Positions 31,939 to 41,932 of a DNA stretch of 64,000 nucleotides are shown piece after piece. How positions within the stretch are numbered: the stretch's first letter is position 1; the number at the start of each line of letters is the position of its first letter. The stretch is taken from positions 204,142-268,141 of the forward strand of contig CAVTSO010000025.1 in the NCBI GenBank assembly GCA_963737445.1, in the 5' to 3' direction. The DNA is from an uncultured Actinomycetes bacterium (lineage in GTDB: Bacteria > Actinomycetota > Thermoleophilia > Gaiellales > JAICJC01). Both the position numbers and the translations under genes were made by a program. The notes under the pieces are model-generated. The model was not told where the DNA came from and made no database searches. It was given only the letters and a program-made list of their open reading frames with translations.

Positions 31939-32549
31939 CCACCTCGGCAGGCCTCGGCCCGGTGCAGCAGATCGTCCAGCCGTGACTGTTCCAGGTCCGG
32001 GTTGTAGAGCGGCGAGTGGCCGGGTCTCGTCAGCAGCCGGTGGACGATCACCACGCCGGCGGGGTGCAGGTCGTCCGCGTCGCCGTCGAGCGCAACGCCG
32101 AGCGCCAACAGCCGTCCCCGCCGTTCCAGCACGCGCTCCCCGAGCGGCGCCACTGTGTAGGCGGTGTGCGGCCTCCCGTCCTCGGCATCACGGACGGCGG
32201 CGCGCAGCGACTCCGCCAGACGCTGCCGCCGGGCCGGGCTGGCGAATCGCCGGCCCGCCCGCGACACGGACTCGATCCGGTAGGCCTCGCGCACCGGGAT
32301 CAGGTTGGCCAGCAATGCCCGCCGCTGGCTGACCGCCGCGGCCGCGGCCACCACCGCGGCGATCGCCCCCACCGCCAGCGCGATCCCGATCTGCGGGTAT
32401 GCCAGCCCCGCGGCGAACGCCAGCAGGGCCAGGGCAGCTGCCGCGACCAGCCGCTTTCGCCGCTGGCGGCTGAGATCGGCCAGCCGCCGCTCGGCCACCT
32501 GCAGGGGCGGCAGCTCGCGGTCGACGACGGTCCTGAGCGCCTTGGGCAT
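31923..32549 (-). CDS. Hypothetical membrane protein with C-terminal SPLY domain
   Basis: Two TM segments then RRQRLAESL...HRLLTRPGHSPLYN. Confidence 0.6.
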   Translation of the reverse strand: MPKALRTVVDRELPPLQVAERRLADLSRQRRKRLVAAAALALLAFAAGLAYPQIGIALAVGAIAAVVAAAAAVSQRRALLANLIPVREAYRIESVSRAGRRFASPARRQRLAESLRAAVRDAEDGRPHTAYTVAPLGERVLERRGRLLALGVALDGDADDLHPAGVVIVHRLLTRPGHSPLYNPDLEQSRLDDLLHRAEACRGGQITP

Positions 32550-32554
32550 GGGCG

Positions 32555-33586
32555 CTACACCGGGTTGGCCGCCTCCGCCCGGTCGGCGGCCGCGACGTGG
32601 TGCACGCTGGCCTCGCGCAGGCCCTGCATGTAGCCGATCGCGTGCAGGCGACCGAGCAGCGCGTAGGACGGGGAGTCCATGGCCTCGCCGTTGAGCGTCG
32701 GCACGTGGTCGGGCCGCAGCACGCCGTCGAAGCCGATCTGGTGCCACGCGTCCATGCAGGCTCGCATGTCGGTCTGGCCCTCGTCGTGGAACGTCTCCTC
32801 GAAGCTCTCGGGGACGCCGCGGACGTCGCGGAAGTGCCCGAACGCGATCCGGCCCTCGTCGCCGAAGTGGCGGATCGCCGCGGGCACGTCATCGGTGACG
32901 AGCGTCATGTTGCCCTGGCAGAGACACATCGCGTTGGCCTCGGAATCGGCGAGCGCGAGCGCGCGCTCGAAGGCCTCGACCGAGATCATGATCCGGGAGG
33001 CACCGCGGTACCGCGGGATCGGAGGGTCGTCGGGATGCAACGCGAGGCGCACCCCGGCCTCTCGGCCACGGGCACCACGGCCCGGATGAAGCGCTCGAAC
33101 GCGCGCCATAGCTGCTCGTCATCGGGCGAGCCCGACTTTCATCGGCTGGTCGGCCGGCAGGGCGTCGGCGCGGAAGGCCGTCACCAGTGCGCCGCCGCGG
33201 CCGCGCGCGATCGTGCTCGTGCGGACCCAGTTCGCTCCCGGCATCCAGTTGTAACAGAGCATGGTAATGCCCAGCGTCCCCATGTTGCGGATCTCCTCGC
33301 AGAACCACTCGGTCTCCTCGTCGGCCCCCGGGGCGCCGGTGCGGGCACGATCGAGCGGCGGGTAGTCCTCGATGCCGACCAGCTCGAGACCGGCATCGGC
33401 GTAGAGTTGCTGCATGCGGGCCAGCGGAGTCAGGTCCCAGGGGCGATCGCCGGTGTCGTCGTGCATCCCGTCGGGAGCGCGGTTCAGCTCCGAGATCACC
33501 TTGGTGACGCCGACCTGCTGAAGCGTGGTCCAGAACGGGATCGGCGTCGGTGCGAAGTACTCGGCGAATTCGACTGGCTTGACCAT
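32555..33586 (-). CDS. uxuA: Mannonate dehydratase, frameshifts near 33130 and 33065
   Basis: LCYNWMP..WVRT, GVRLALHPDDPP, LCQGN, HFRDV, ETFHDEG, LRPDHVP, AIGYMQGL. Confidence 0.9.
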
Positions 33587-33720
33587 GGCGACCTCGGCTC
33601 GGGTGTGTGCGCCAGAGCCTAGCCGGGCGTGAGCCGGGTCATGTTCGAATGTAGTGTTGGGCCGCAGGATCCAGCCGTGCATCGCGGCGGATCACGGACC
33701 TCTTCCCAGGGGGCCTGACC

Positions 33721-34173
33721 ATGACGAACGCAACCATCAGGAACGCCATCCACCCCGAGCGTGCGATACACCTGCCGATCGAGCCGAACCCGCTACTGGT
33801 CGAGCATGCGAGGCAGCGAGCCGATAGCGCGCAGAACCGGATCGCCGACAAGATCACGACGTTCGCAGGGTCGATGTTGTTCGTGTACATCCACCTGATC
33901 TGGTTCGGATGCTGGATCGGCTTCGGCGTCGAGGACTATCCGTACGGGCTGCTGACGATGATCGTGTCGCTGGAGGCGATCTTCCTCTCCACCTTCGTGA
34001 TGATCAGCCAGAACCGAGCGGACGCCAAGCGGCAGGTGATCGCCAACCAGCAGTGGATGACCGTGCAGGAGGAGGACAAGCAGAACCGAGAGCTGCTCGA
34101 CCTCTCGAACCAGATCCTCGACCTGACCAAGGCCATCCACGCACGCACGGGCGCCGACCCGGAGGCGAAATAG
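33721..34173 (+). CDS. DUF1003 membrane protein
   Basis: ADKITTFAGS, DYPYGLLTMIVSLEAIFLSTFVMISQNR. Confidence 0.92.
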   Translation: MTNATIRNAIHPERAIHLPIEPNPLLVEHARQRADSAQNRIADKITTFAGSMLFVYIHLIWFGCWIGFGVEDYPYGLLTMIVSLEAIFLSTFVMISQNRADAKRQVIANQQWMTVQEEDKQNRELLDLSNQILDLTKAIHARTGADPEAK

Positions 34174-34203
34174 CGACCGCCGCCACGACACGGTCGCCGC
34201 TGC

Positions 34204-34578
34204 TCACTGCTGTATCACCGCGTCCGTGACGGCGTCGACGGCAGCGAGCCGGGCCGCCAGCTCGTCGCTGAGCCCGTAGCGGGCGGCCAGCTCATCCGGC
34301 CCCGTGTAGCTGAGCCTGGTCTGGCCGCCGTCGTCCCAGACCAGCACCTTCAACGGCAGGTCGAGCGCGGCCAGCGGCGCAGCCGCCATCACCGGCGTGC
34401 CCGCGACCGGATTGCCGAAGATCACGACCTTGGTATCGCGCAGCTCGAGGCCGGCCGACCGGGCCTCGCCGCTGTGGTCGATCACCGCGAACAGCTTGAC
34501 GCCCTGCGACTCAAGCAGCTGCGTGATGCGCGCGACGGTGTCGTCGACCGACACCGGGCTCGCCTTCGACGTCGTCAC
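34204..34578 (-). CDS. DUF302 protein
   Basis: FAVIDHS, IFGNPVAGTPVM, ALDLPLKVLVW; GTG overlaps the upstream TGA. Confidence 0.9.
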   Translation of the reverse strand: MTTSKASPVSVDDTVARITQLLESQGVKLFAVIDHSGEARSAGLELRDTKVVIFGNPVAGTPVMAAAPLAALDLPLKVLVWDDGGQTRLSYTGPDELAARYGLSDELAARLAAVDAVTDAVIQQ

Positions 34579-35573
34579 TTCCAGATCGTGTTGATCGGCT
34601 GCGCCCCGGCCGCGAAGCCGAGGTAGCCGTCCAACCGGTACCCGTCCTCGAGCGTGCGCAGGAAGCTGTAGTGGGTGAACGCACCGCCGTAGACACCCGG
34701 CTGCACTTGCGGACCCTGCGCGGCCCACAGCACGGGACCGCCGTCGTGGTAGAGCGTGCTCGCCGTCGCCTCGTCGAAGACGATCACGACCAGGCCGTTC
34801 GACCCGAATGCCGGCGAGGCTTCGATCTTCGGCACCTCGCGCTTGAGGAACGCGTCGAACTGCAGCAGCCGGCTGCCCGGGCCTGTGCAGTTGTCGTGCG
34901 CGTCCTCGCACTGGTTGGGCACGATGTAGTCGAAGCGGCCGACGGCACCGCTTGCCAGCGCCGCGTCCAGGGCGGAGGTGTCGTTTGGCCCGGTGCCGCC
35001 CGTGGCGATCACGTTCGACGTGCACTCCGCCGACGGGTTGGCCGCATCGAAGACGCCGCCGGGTCCCTCGATGTTGTCGTAATAGACAGCGGGATTGTGC
35101 TTGACGCGGTAGCTGTTGAAGGTCGCGCTGTCGCCGACGTCGGTCAGATAGCACGGCGACGGCATCGACTCGTTCCACTCCTGCCAGGGCCGGCCGGCGA
35201 CGTCGAGCTGGTGGAACACGTTGTCGACGCCCTGGTGGCATTCGGACGGCGGGTTGTCGAGCTGCTCGCAGCGGGTGAACTGGCCGGACGTCATGGCGAT
35301 GTAGTTGCCGGTGGAGTAGTGGCCGGTGGCACGGTAGCCGGTCAGCCATGCGGCATCCGGCTTGAACGTCTTCACCAGCCAGGGCGTGTGCTTGGCGGTC
35401 AGCTGGTTCAGCTTGGTGTTTTCGCCCACGATCACGAACACGTGGCCGAACTGGGGCACACCCTCGGAGACCACTCCCGACGACGTTGTGACCTGCGCCT
35501 GCGCGATCGCGCCCGGCACCACGAGAAACCCAAAGACCCCGACACACCCGAGCAGCATCCGGACAGATCGCAC
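34575..35573 (-). CDS. Secreted phosphoesterase (acid phosphatase/phospholipase C family)
   Basis: Signal peptide; HVFVIVGEN, HYSTGNY, KHNPAVYY, PNQCEDAHD, VFDE, THYSFLRTLED. Confidence 0.88.
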   Translation of the reverse strand: MRSVRMLLGCVGVFGFLVVPGAIAQAQVTTSSGVVSEGVPQFGHVFVIVGENTKLNQLTAKHTPWLVKTFKPDAAWLTGYRATGHYSTGNYIAMTSGQFTRCEQLDNPPSECHQGVDNVFHQLDVAGRPWQEWNESMPSPCYLTDVGDSATFNSYRVKHNPAVYYDNIEGPGGVFDAANPSAECTSNVIATGGTGPNDTSALDAALASGAVGRFDYIVPNQCEDAHDNCTGPGSRLLQFDAFLKREVPKIEASPAFGSNGLVVIVFDEATASTLYHDGGPVLWAAQGPQVQPGVYGGAFTHYSFLRTLEDGYRLDGYLGFAAGAQPINTIWK

Positions 35574-35681
35574 GACAATCCCCCAATCCCTGGTACGAAG
35601 CGAACTGCCAGACGCTACCAGTTCCGCAGCCGCGATCTGGCGAAGGGCCGGTGAATCTTTCGAGAACAACCGGCACGTCGC

Positions 35682-37523
35682 TCAGCCCGTGACAGCGTCC
35701 CCCGGTGCGTAGGCGTTCAGCAGCACGTTGAACGCGGCCAGAGCGCCGTTGGCCCCCGTCGCGAACCGCGCCGTCCGGCCGTCCGCGGACACCACCGACA
35801 GCCCGCCGATCACGGTCGCCGCCGCGCCGCGGAGCTCGATCGCGGTGTTGCCGCTGACGCCGAGGGCGATCGTGTCCGGATGCGCACGCGTGAGGCTATA
35901 CAGCCGGCCCCACCGGTAGTCCACGGTCAGCCGCGGTTCGAGCGCCACGCCGGGCAGGATCGCGAGGCCGGGACGCACCTTCACGAAGCCCGCCCGGAAC
36001 TCGGCAACCGCCTGCCCCTCGAGCGTCGACTTCACGGGCTCCGGGACGGCGGTGTACCACCGGCCGAGGGCCGCGGTCATCGCGCGATCGGTCATCACCA
36101 CCGCAGCCTGCGCGATCGCCGTCCGCACGAACGAGCGAAACGCGCTGTCGCCCACCGGCGCCGCCAGCGCCGTCTGGTCGCCACCGACGAACAGCACGCC
36201 GGCGGCCGCCGCCAGGTCGGACCTGGTGAGGTCGTGCTGTCCGTAGACGATCTGGTCGATCTGGCCGCTCCAGCCGGCCGCGGCCGCGGCCTTCGCGTAG
36301 AGCTGGGCGTCGTGGTTGGACGCGCCGGTGCTCGGATAGCCCGCGAACACCTCGACGATCCGCGAGCCGCCGCCGGCCACGGCGCGCTGGACGAACTCGC
36401 GCATCACGGCGCCGGTGGGGCCGTCGCCGACGCCGCCGCCCAGCAACAGGACGCCCGGGCCGGGTGCGTGCAGCACACCGGCCGGCCACGGCCCGGGCGA
36501 TCGGTACGTCCGAGCCTGACCGTGGTCGAAGGGCATCCGAGCCGACACGTCGTAGGAAAACGGTCCCGCAGGGATCAGGTGCGTCAGCAGGTTCCGGGCC
36601 GACAGCGTGTCGTTCGGGCCGCGCCACGAATGCGTCGCACCGGCGGTCTCGCCGTCAACGACCGCCACCGACGAATCACCGAACACGCCCGAGAGGCTGC
36701 TGTCGCCGATCAGGCGCACGCCCGTTGCCAGATCCACTCCGACTCCCAGCGCGCTGGAACCGCCGAAGCGGTCGTCCGATTGCGCCACCACGTTCAGCAG
36801 CCGTCCGAACCTGCCCATCTGGTAGAAGTGCTGGTCGAGGATGGTGGCTGTCGACCCGAAGCTGAGCCCACGCTCGAGATCGCGGTCGTCCCCCCACCAG
36901 ACCAGCACCGACCCCTGGTCGAGCTCGTTCTCCGGAGTGCCGGCGTCGGTGAACCCGAAGATCATGCTGCGCGACTCGACGGCATCCCCCGCGCTGGTGC
37001 CGCCGAACACCACACCACGGCGGTATGCGGCCGCCATCGCCGTCTCGAGCGGCGTGCCGGCGAGCGCCTCCATCGCCAGATCCTGATCACCGCCGAGGAT
37101 GAAACCCCCGTCGACGGCGGGGTCGTCGAACCGTGCCGCGTAGGCGGGGTTCTCGGCGTCGGCGCGGGTGAAGACCGGCAGCAGCGTCGCCGAGCAGTCG
37201 CTCAATCCGGGGTAATCGGACACCACCGCCCGACAGGCTGCGGTGATCTGATCCGTGCGCTTCTGGGCAAGCGAGACGTTCGCGCCGATCGAGGGCGTCG
37301 TGCCGTACGCCGGGGGAAGAACGAGGATGTCCACCGTGGGACCGGACGCGTGCTCCGCTGCAACTCGCGCGAACCCCTGTAGTGAGTCCGGGCTGTAGTC
37401 GCCGCCGATCGGCACCAGCGTCCCTGGTGGCGTGGCGGCATCGGACGCGGCTGTCCCGCCGAGCAGGGTCACCGCTGCCAGCAGCAGCACGCAGGTACGA
37501 CTCGACCAGACCGATCGCGACAC
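35682..37523 (-). CDS. Secreted cyanophycinase-like (peptidase S51) protein with two domains
   Basis: Signal peptide; domain 1 LVPIGG, GGDQ, GTSAG, DQHFYQMGRFGRL; domain 2 LLGGG, GGDQ, EPRL..DYRWGRL. Confidence 0.85.
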   Translation of the reverse strand: MSRSVWSSRTCVLLLAAVTLLGGTAASDAATPPGTLVPIGGDYSPDSLQGFARVAAEHASGPTVDILVLPPAYGTTPSIGANVSLAQKRTDQITAACRAVVSDYPGLSDCSATLLPVFTRADAENPAYAARFDDPAVDGGFILGGDQDLAMEALAGTPLETAMAAAYRRGVVFGGTSAGDAVESRSMIFGFTDAGTPENELDQGSVLVWWGDDRDLERGLSFGSTATILDQHFYQMGRFGRLLNVVAQSDDRFGGSSALGVGVDLATGVRLIGDSSLSGVFGDSSVAVVDGETAGATHSWRGPNDTLSARNLLTHLIPAGPFSYDVSARMPFDHGQARTYRSPGPWPAGVLHAPGPGVLLLGGGVGDGPTGAVMREFVQRAVAGGGSRIVEVFAGYPSTGASNHDAQLYAKAAAAAGWSGQIDQIVYGQHDLTRSDLAAAAGVLFVGGDQTALAAPVGDSAFRSFVRTAIAQAAVVMTDRAMTAALGRWYTAVPEPVKSTLEGQAVAEFRAGFVKVRPGLAILPGVALEPRLTVDYRWGRLYSLTRAHPDTIALGVSGNTAIELRGAAATVIGGLSVVSADGRTARFATGANGALAAFNVLLNAYAPGDAVTG

Positions 37524-37716
37524 ACGACTCGCCTCCCACCCAACCTCGTGGATCCCCAATGTTGCCACCGTAGCAAGAAGCGAGCCCAGGGCAAAGGTTC
37601 CGCCACCGGTGAGGTGCCCTCACCCGTTTGGGGGTTTCTGCTCAGAAACCGCAGGTTCCGCTCGGGTCGGGGTGTCCATATGTCGACCCTGTCTCCAGAT
37701 GGAGCGTTGCCTGCCC

Positions 37717-38766
37717 ATGGCTCACCACAGAGATCTCCCACAGCCAGCCGCCGACACCGTCGTGCCGAACCCGGCGCGCAGGCGCCGCGGTCAGGCGGGC
37801 CAGACGCTGCCGATGATGATGTTCTTCATGGTCTCCCTGCTGGGCGTGGCCGGGTTGGTGATCGACGTGGGTGGCTGGTACCTGCAGAAGCGGCAGGTGC
37901 AGGCGTCTGCCGACGCGAGCGCCCTGGCCGGCGCCAACCAGCTGCCGGTCGGCTGGTCGACGGCCCAGTCGACGGCCCAGACCGAGTACACGAACAACGG
38001 CAAGGCCGGCGACAGCTCCTCCATCACCAACACCACCGACCTGGCCGCCAACGACTCGGTCACGGTCAGCGCATCGCGGGTCGCGCCGGGCTACCTGACG
38101 CGCGTGTTCGGACTGTCCGGCGTCACCGTCTCGGGCAGCGCCACCGCGACGATCGAAAGCGTGGTCGGCTACGCGTCGACCGGTAACGTGATGCCGTGGG
38201 GCATCATGCGTGGCTCCTACACGGTCGGATCGTCGTACTCCATGAAAATCGCGAACGACGGCTCATCGCAGTCGGGCGCGCTCGACATCCCCTACGAGGG
38301 CGGCTGCAGCGGCTCCAGCGGCAGCAACGACTACCGCCAGCTGATCAACGGCAGCGAGATCGCGTGCCCACTCACCGTCGGCGAGACGCTTGGCCTGCAG
38401 TCAGGCTCGATCCCCGGCCCCACCTCGCAGGGCATCACCGACCGCATCCCCAACTTCCAGTCCCCCGACCAGATCGTCACGGTCGGCGCCAACGGCACCG
38501 CCACCATCCTGAACAGCAACTCCAAGCAGCTGGTGCTGATCCCGATCATCGAGAACACCGACGGCACCACCAACTGGACGGGCGGGTCGATGCACGTACG
38601 CGTCGTCGGGTTCGCCTGGTTCGTGATCACCAGCGTCACCGGCAACGGCCAGAAGGTCACCGTGACCGGCGAGTTCGTCAGCATCGCGTCCTCCGACGGC
38701 AACGCCACGCTCGGCGCCTACACCGGGCTACCGGGCGGCGCCACCTCCGTCGAGCTCACCAAGTAA
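37717..38766 (+). CDS. TadG/TadE-like pilus assembly protein (paralog 1)
   Basis: RRGQAGQTLP followed by a TM segment, IDVG.WY..KRQVQASADASALAGA, MPWG, VVGFAWF. Confidence 0.82.
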   Translation: MAHHRDLPQPAADTVVPNPARRRRGQAGQTLPMMMFFMVSLLGVAGLVIDVGGWYLQKRQVQASADASALAGANQLPVGWSTAQSTAQTEYTNNGKAGDSSSITNTTDLAANDSVTVSASRVAPGYLTRVFGLSGVTVSGSATATIESVVGYASTGNVMPWGIMRGSYTVGSSYSMKIANDGSSQSGALDIPYEGGCSGSSGSNDYRQLINGSEIACPLTVGETLGLQSGSIPGPTSQGITDRIPNFQSPDQIVTVGANGTATILNSNSKQLVLIPIIENTDGTTNWTGGSMHVRVVGFAWFVITSVTGNGQKVTVTGEFVSIASSDGNATLGAYTGLPGGATSVELTK

Positions 38767-38833
38767 CATGACCACCCGAGCCGGCGCGGTAGCCGGTGCG
38801 GCGCGATCAACACGACTCGGGGTGGGCAACTGA

Positions 38834-39450
38834 TTGGATGACCGTCGGGTCAGGTTGGATGAGTTGGCGTTCCAGGCAGCGCTGGCGGCTGCCCGGCTGG
38901 GTGAGGAGTGGGCGGTGGCGTCGCTGTGGCGTGACCTGCATCCGCGGATCCTGCGGTACCTGCGTGTTGCCGTCGGCGACTCCGATGCGGAGGATCTCGC
39001 CTCGGATGTGTGGCTGGAGGTGGGGCGGGGGCTGGGACGCTTCGACGGAGATGCGTCCGCGTTCAGGGCCTGGGTGTTCACGATCGCGCGGCGACGCGTG
39101 ATCGATGCGGGGCGAAGGTCCAGCGCCGCCGAACGGATCCGATGTCGCCACAGCAGATCGATCGCGGCTGCGACGACGCGCCCGGCGAACTTGAGGCACG
39201 GCTGGCCCTGGATGCCGCGCTCAGGCGTGTCGCGCGGCTACCACGCGATCAGGCCGAGGTGGTGGCGTTGCGGGTGCTGGCCGGGCTCAGTGCCGAGCAA
39301 GTCGGCGAGATCGTGGGGAAGCGTGCGGGCGCCGTGCGCGTGCTGCAGCATCGGGCCTTGCGGCGGTTGGCGAACGACCTTGCGGCGGAGGGTGTAACAC
39401 GGCAGACGGGAGCGGCGATCTTCGGTGTGGATGAGCCACTCACCGCGTGA
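38834..39450 (+). CDS. ECF RNA polymerase sigma factor, frameshift near 39145
   Basis: Region 2 DAEDLASDVW...FRAWVFTIARRRVID; region 4 LPRDQAEVVALRV...GAVRVLQHRALRRL in the next frame. Confidence 0.88.
39394..39419 (+). promoter_or_regulatory. Candidate ECF promoter inside the 3' end of the sigma gene
   Basis: GTAAC, 17 nt, CGAT, just upstream of the next start codon. Confidence 0.45.
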
Positions 39451-40201
39451 TATGAGAAGCGATCGTGTCCTCGACGGCCTCGCGGTCGGCGGCGGTGCCG
39501 AGTCGCTCGCGTCTCTGATGGACGCGTTACGGGTATCCGGCCTGGATCACGAGCTCTGGGATCAGGCGCAGTCGGTGGCGGCATTCACAGCGGCGCTCGG
39601 CGCTGCTGACACTGTTGATCGCCCGAGGAGGGGTCCCGTGAGATCTCGTCGTTCCCGTTTCGCTCTGAGCCTGGCGCTGTCCGGCGCCGCACTGGTCGCA
39701 ACCAGCGGCCTGGCCTACGCCGGCGCGCTGCCCGGCGCCGCACAGGACACCGCCAAGGGGGTGCTGGCCGGCCTCGGTGTGACCGTGCCCGGACCCAACC
39801 AGCATGCCGGGACGCATCCCGACACCCGCGGACACTCCGCCGCCGCACCCGGCCACGCCGCGACCGCCGGCACCGGTACGGACGCAACCGGTGACACCGG
39901 CTCTCGCAAGGGCAAGGGAGCCACTATCCCGAACCTGGCGCGGACAACGACCGCGACCGGCCGTGATAAGGGCGCGATCATCTCAACCGCTGCCAGCGGC
40001 GGGAAGAGCCACGCCGGGAATCCTGCCGGCCAGACGAGCGCCCACCAGTCGGCGGGTACCTCCGATCAGGGCGGAACCGGTACGGCCGACGGCGCCAGCG
40101 GTGGACACGACAGCCACGGATCGTCGACGGCACAAGCCGCCAGCGACGGTCACAGCAGCGCTGGTTCCGGCAACGCCGGAAGCCAGCAGGCCGCTCGCTA
40201 G
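39431..40201 (+). CDS. Single-pass membrane protein, putative anti-sigma or ECF target
   Basis: Short cytoplasmic N-terminus, TM ending GLAYAGALPGAAQD, G/A/T/S/H-rich extracellular tail; start overlaps the sigma gene. Confidence 0.65.
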   Translation: MSHSPRDMRSDRVLDGLAVGGGAESLASLMDALRVSGLDHELWDQAQSVAAFTAALGAADTVDRPRRGPVRSRRSRFALSLALSGAALVATSGLAYAGALPGAAQDTAKGVLAGLGVTVPGPNQHAGTHPDTRGHSAAAPGHAATAGTGTDATGDTGSRKGKGATIPNLARTTTATGRDKGAIISTAASGGKSHAGNPAGQTSAHQSAGTSDQGGTGTADGASGGHDSHGSSTAQAASDGHSSAGSGNAGSQQAAR

Positions 40202-40385
40202 CCAGGACGGGCCCATCCCCGGTCGCGGCAGGGGGGCGCGCCGGGGGTGGGCCTGGAACGACGCTGCGGGGCGGCCACGTCGGCGGGCTCACCTGAAGGG
40301 GGGATCTTGCCGCTGGCAGCGCAGGATGTGGTCGGTTTGAGGGTCTTGTCACATACAGGACACCTCTCAGATCGACCCAAGGATC

Positions 40386-41433
40386 ATGGCCCCCCACCAC
40401 ACATCCCTCGAGGCAACCGCAGGCGCCGCGCGGGTGCGCCCGCGCGTGTCGGGTCGCCGCGACGGCCAGGCCGGCCAGACGCTGCCGTTGTTCGTGGTGT
40501 TCCTGGTCGTCCTGCTGGGGATGTGCGCGCTCGCGATCGATGTGGGGTTCTGGGCGCAGGGCAAGCGCGCGGCTCAGAACTCGGCCGATGCGTCCGCGCT
40601 TGCCGGTGCGGCGTTTCTGGGAGTCAACTGGTCGACCGCGCAGACGAACGCGTCATCGGAGTTCACGAAGAACATGGCGAGCGGCGATACCGCGACGTAC
40701 ACGCAGGGCACGACGTACATCCCCGGCGACACGATCCAGGTGACGGTGAACCGTCAGGCCCAGACCTTCTTCGCCAAGATCTTCGGCAAGACCAGCGTCA
40801 ACCTCGCCGCGACCGCCAAGGCGACGATGGTGCAAAACGGCGGCGGGGCATTGCCGTGGGCGGTGATGAACAACCCGTACGTGCCAGGGAACACCTACCA
40901 GATCTACACCGATAACAGCGGTCCCAACAACGGGGCGGTGCGGCTGCCGGCCTGGGATACGGCCACATCAGCATGCACGACCGGAAACGTCAACGGCCTC
41001 GGCGGTGCGTCGCTGTACCAGGCGCAGATCACCGGCGGCGTCGTCACCACCTGCGCGATCATCGGTCAACCAGGTGATCGACACCAAAACCGGCAACAAC
41101 ACCGGCCCCACCTCGGCCGGCATCGACGCTCGCTGCAGCCCGCTGCAGGCGCCAAGCACGATCGCCACGTTCGGCAGCAGCGTCACCCTCCTTCAACCCA
41201 ACAGCTGCCAGCTGGTGCTGCTGCCCGTCGTCATCAACAACCAGGACGGGTCGAACAACTGGCCCGGCCAGGGAGCCGGCCAGGTCAAGGTCGTCAGCTT
41301 CTCGTGGTGGATCCTGAAGGACTACACCAACGGCGGCAAGGTCGTCGACGCCGTCTACGTGGGCCCGGCGCAGACCGATCCCAGCCTCGGCAACACCCTG
41401 CCGCCGGCGTACGTCCCGCAGCTCACCGGGTAG
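40386..41433 (+). CDS. TadG/TadE-like pilus assembly protein (paralog 2), frameshift near 41065
   Basis: RRDGQAGQTLP followed by a TM segment, IDVGFW..KRAAQNSADASALAGA, LPWA; continues TKTGN..GPT, QLVLLPV, VVSFSWW in the frame ending at 41433. Confidence 0.82.
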
Positions 41434-41479
41434 GCTCGCAGGGCGGGAACTTTCAAGTCCCCGCAATCGACAAACCGTT

Positions 41480-41932
41480 ATGGCGCTGCGACCACGCCCC
41501 ACCAAGAACAGCGCGTGGATACTGGTAGTTACGTTCGCGCTGATCGCAGGGTGCGGTTCTGGAACCGCGTTCGCTCCAAATGGCACCCAGCTCGAGGCCA
41601 CGCCAACCGGGAACTTCGTCCTCTACGTCAGCGATCAGAGCTTCGAGCTCGGCCACGTCGACATCACCATCCGGATCGACGGCAAGGTCGCGGTCAGTGA
41701 TCGCTTTGCCGTCGGCAACGAGCACAACTGGCGGCAGTACCGATTCCAGCTCGATCCGGGCGTGCATCATCTCACCGCGATCTCACACCAGGGACGCGCC
41801 CGGCTTGCAAGCACCTTCCGCATGAAGGAGAAGCTGAACGGAGTGGTCGACTACTGGTACGCACCGGGCAACCCCGGCGGCCGCCGGCAGCTCACGTTCC
41901 ATCACACCCCCGGCCAGATCGCCTTCGCCTGA
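41480..41932 (+). CDS. Hypothetical lipoprotein
   Basis: Lipobox LIAGC; LYVSDQSF, IDG, GNEHNW, beta-rich. Confidence 0.75.
   Translation: MALRPRPTKNSAWILVVTFALIAGCGSGTAFAPNGTQLEATPTGNFVLYVSDQSFELGHVDITIRIDGKVAVSDRFAVGNEHNWRQYRFQLDPGVHHLTAISHQGRARLASTFRMKEKLNGVVDYWYAPGNPGGRRQLTFHHTPGQIAFA

Noticed and set aside
34204-35676. 490-aa ORF ending in DUF302
   Set aside because: The upstream part is an off-frame overlap with the phosphoesterase. DUF302 starts at GTG 34578.
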